Source of the DNA: Eledone cirrhosa
Lineage: Eukaryota
Reading direction: 5' to 3'
DNA: 64,000 bases
Assembly: GCA_964016885.1 (NCBI GenBank)
Contig: OZ024763.1
Location: 24,428,001-24,492,000 of the forward strand
This document shows, in pieces, positions 60,041-64,000 of the stretch (position 1 is the stretch's first letter; every line of letters starts with the position of its first letter). Under the pieces are notes generated by a model. The model had not been told where the DNA came from. It saw only the letters and a list, made by a program, of their open reading frames with translations, and made no database searches. The position numbers and the translations under genes are program-made.

Positions 60041-60229
60041 GAACACACTAAAAAAACCCAGATCTAAGTTGTGGTGGGGGTGAGGTCATGGCTGGAAGTA
60101 ATAGGAGTCGCATTTAGAAAAAAAAAAACAAGTCGTTTATGGAAATTTTACGGCCAATGAAAAAACAAAACAACAGCAATAACAACAACAACAACGATAA
60201 CAGCAACAACGATAACAATAGAAATGATA

Positions 60230-60575
60230 ATGATTTCTATTTTAGCCAAAAAGCGAGCAAATAACCAATACATTACTGGTACTTTATTTTATCGACCCCG
60301 TAAGGATGAAAGGCAAAGTTAACGTCGGCGGGATTTGAACTCAGATAGTAAAGGGCCGTAACTCTATGCTGCAAAGCATGGCGTCCGACCCTCTACCGAT
60401 ACTGCCAATTCATTATAATTGTTTCTACTTTAGGCACAAGGCCAGCAATTAACCCAGTGTATTACTGGTACTTTATTTTATCGACCCCCGTAAGGATGAA
60501 AGGCAAAGTCAACCTCGGCGGGATTTGAACTCAGACCGTAAAGGGACGTCCGACCCTCTAGCGATACTGCCAATT
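60230..60575 (-). mobile_element. Two tandem family A SINEs
   Basis: Reverse-complement units at 60230-60412 and 60418-60575; the second has an internal deletion. Confidence 0.85.
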
Positions 60576-60799
60576 CATTATAATAATAACAAATTACAAA
60601 ACGGAAATGTATCCGGCTGCAGGAGTTATGGGAAATATGTTGGGATAAAGTAAACCTGTTACAACAGTTGGAATACCTATAGTAAAGTAAGAGTAAGGTT
60701 TCTTTCTATAAGACCTTTAGTTGGCGGTGACATGGTGTGGAGAGGTGGTTGGTGCACGGTGTTGGAGCGAGAGGGGGGAGAGCAACTGGTGACTAGAAT

Positions 60800-61385
60800 G
60801 GTTGGTGGTGGTGATTTGTAGTGGTGGTCGTGGTGGTGATGGTGATGGTCGTGGTAGTGATTTGTAGTAGTGGTGGTGGTCGTGGTGGTGATGGTGGTGG
60901 TAGTGATTTGTGGCGGTCGTGGTGGTGGTGGTGGTGGTGGTGGTGGTGGATGTGATGATGATGATGGTGGTGGTGGTGGTGATGGATGTGGTGACGATGG
61001 TGATGGTGGTGGTGGTGGTGGTGGTGGATGTTGTGATGATGGTGGTGGTGGTGGTGGTGGTGATGATGATGGTGGTGGTGTTGGGGGGGGGGGTGGATGT
61101 GGTGGTGGTGGATGTGGTGATGGTGGTGGTGGTGGTGTTGGGGGTGGTGGTGGTGGATGTGGTGATGGTGGTGTTGTGGGGTGGATGTGGTGATGGTGGT
61201 GGTGGTGGTGTTGAGGTGGTGGTGGTGGATGTGGTGATGGTGGTGGTGTTGGGGGTGGTGGATGAGGTGATGGTGGTGGTGGTGGTGTTGGGGGTGGTGG
61301 TGGTGGATGTGGTGGTGGTGGTGGATGAGGTGATGGTGGTGGTGGTGGTGTTGGGGGTGGTTGTGGATGAGGTGATGACGATGGT
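60800..61385. repeat. (GGT/GAT)n compound trinucleotide repeat
   Basis: Direct reading; source of the spurious poly-Pro, poly-His and poly-Thr ORFs. Confidence 0.95.
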
Positions 61386-61675
61386 GGAGGTATAGATAAA
61401 GCAAGGCATGACGATGACGATTGTGTATGAAATAAAAATAAAAAATATTGACATGTCGAAATTTTAGTTGGAAATATGGAGCGCCACCCCCGACCCACAC
61501 CCCGACCCCCACACCCCAACACAAAATGGCGGTTGTTGAAATTTTGTAGAAAATTTTTATTCAATTTGAAATTGTTCATAGTTTCTTTACACTTTTCAAA
61601 AAGAGAGGTTTTTATATATATACACACACACTACCCGCCCAAATGCGATTAGCACTAAATTTATATATATATTTA

Positions 61676-61883
<208 letters not shown>

Positions 61884-61970
61884 TATATATATATATACAC
61901 AAACATATATATGTATATATATATGTATATATATATATGTATATATACACACATATATATATATACACAC

Positions 61971-62026
<56 letters not shown>

Positions 62027-62087
62027 TATATATACATACACACACACACATATATATATATATATACACATATATACACACACATAT

Positions 62088-62146
<59 letters not shown>

Positions 62147-62261
62147 GGAGGTGAGTTTTATTGTAGCACAATAAAGCAATGCAAATATCGGATAAGTAGC
62201 ACTCTACAGTTTGTAGGACTGGAGTATACATAATATAAGATCAAAAGATTATTATGTGAAC

Positions 62262-62331
62262 ATATTATTATGCGCATTTCAAAAACAACTATCATCATGA
62301 GATGATATCTGCGTTTTCATCAGATAAAATA
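62262..62331 (-). ncRNA. Hammerhead ribozyme motif copy, left member of an inverted pair
   Basis: Core intact on the minus strand; one helix I mismatch. Confidence 0.65.
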
Positions 62332-62398
62332 GAGATGATATGTTGATTTAAAAGTTCACTATTCACAAGTGTTTTTTAAGCTTCATATCATAGATCCC

Positions 62399-62469
62399 TA
62401 TTTTATCTGATGAAAACGCAGATATCATCTCATGATGATATTTGTTTTTTAAATGCGCATAATAAAATA
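62399..62469 (+). ncRNA. Hammerhead motif copy with G12>T core mutation (probably inactive)
   Basis: CTGATGA is present but GAAA reads TAAA. Inverted relative to 62262-62331. Confidence 0.55.
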
Positions 62470-62524
62470 CTTGGAACTCTTTTAACCATCTTTTGATCTT
62501 ATATTAAATATATATATCTATATA

Positions 62525-62653
<129 letters not shown>

Positions 62654-62933
62654 GCATATGTGTGTGTGTGTATATATATATATTTGTGCATGTATATATA
62701 TATATCCGATCCAAATATGGAAGCGTGTCAGGTGTTATGAGCTGTGTGAGAAAATCACTTTTTTTTTTCAAATCATAGGGCTCCCACCCCCTCCTGTCCC
62801 TCCTCCTGCCCCTCCTCCTCCTCATCATCATCATCGCTACAAGCATAATCTTCCTACACCTCCTCCATCTTCTCTTCTACATTAAAGTCACACTTACCGC
62901 CCCCTCTCTCTCCCTCCTATTCTCTCTTTCACC

Positions 62934-62964
<31 letters not shown>

Positions 62965-63302
62965 TCACTCTCTCTCTTTCTCTTTCTCTCGCTCTCTCTT
63001 TCTTCCTCCCTCACCCTCTCTCTCTCTCACTCCCTCTCTCCCTCTCTCTAACTCACTCTCTCACTCCACTCCACCTCTCTCTCTCTCCCTGTCTCTCGCT
63101 TGCTCTCACCCCCCCCTCTCTCCTAGATATCTTCAACTCCCCCTCCCCAGTCCGCCATCTTTCCTACCCGTGTGTGCCGCCATATTGTCGCCTTTATCCC
63201 CGTTTTTCCCCCTATTTTTCCTTTTTCCTTTTATTTTTCTCAAAAATGATTGAAACCTCCATTGCGCCATGAACTCCTTGCTGCCATGTGGGACACTTAT
63301 GG

Positions 63303-63905
63303 CACACACACACACACACATGTACACCTAACCACATACACACACACACATGTACACCTAACCACATACACACACACACATGTACACCTAACAACACACA
63401 CACACACACATGTACACCTAACCACATATATACACACACATGTACACCTAACCACATACATACACACACATGTACACCTAACCACACACATACACACACA
63501 TGTACACCTAACCACATATATACACACACACATTCATACACACACATACATACACACACATGTACACCTAACCACATACATACATACACATGTACACCTA
63601 ACCACATACATACACACACATGTACACCTAACCACATACATACACACACATGTACACCTAACCACACACACACACACACATGTACACCTAACCACATACA
63701 TACACACACATGTACACCTAACCACATACATACACACACATGTACACCTAACCACACACACACACACACATGTACACCTAACCACATACATACACACACA
63801 TGTACACCTAACCACACACACACACACACACATTCATACACACACATACATACACACACATGTACACCTAACCACATACATACACACACATGTACACCTA
63901 ACCAT
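63303..63905. repeat. 30-bp minisatellite
   Basis: Unit CACATGTACACCTAACCACATACATACACA. Confidence 0.95.
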
Positions 63906-64000
63906 ATACACATACACACACAGACACATACACAGACAGACATATACACATTCATACACACCTATACACATTCATACACACCTATACACATGCATGCATA

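Larger units (their letters stand above)
62147..62507. mobile_element. Hammerhead-bearing repeat, two units in inverted orientation
   Basis: 62232-62340 is the reverse complement of ~62385-62507; (TA)n on both flanks. Confidence 0.7.

Noticed and set aside
60677-61627. Pro-, His- and Thr-rich ORFs resembling extensin or mucin
   Set aside because: Several frames are open only because of the (GGT)n repeat; no domain or supported splice structure.
63303-63905. CCTAAC motifs suggesting telomeric repeats
   Set aside because: One motif per 30-bp unit, not tandem TTAGGG or TTAGG.

Overview
Eukaryotic (animal) repeat-rich genomic DNA. The extreme (TA)n/(CA)n/(CT)n density and SINE content suggest a mollusc, probably a cephalopod such as Octopus; this is inference only. 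Nearly all short ORFs in the track are translated microsatellites, and no host protein-coding gene is clearly supported. The only real coding content is three same-strand copies of a Tx1/L1-clade non-LTR retrotransposon: near full-length at ~19270-24974 and ~44356-50061, and a 5'-truncated copy of a divergent subfamily with an intact ORF2 at ~25014-29133. All three sit in (TATC)n microsatellites. Main candidate novelty: in all three copies the entire ORF2 is bracketed by a perfect splice donor (GAG|GTAAGT at the end of ORF1) and an acceptor-like site coinciding with the ORF2 stop codon (TAG|G). ORF2 therefore looks like a spliceosomal intron whose removal gives an ORF1-only mRNA. A second putative intron lies in the 5' UTR, and in two copies ORF2 has no ATG (ATA overlapping the ORF1 stop). 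The window also holds five copies of a short repeat with a minimal type I hammerhead ribozyme (Penelope/retrozyme-like), many tRNA-derived SINEs, RTE and R4/Dong LINE fragments, several fold-back palindromes, and multiple mini- and macrosatellites.
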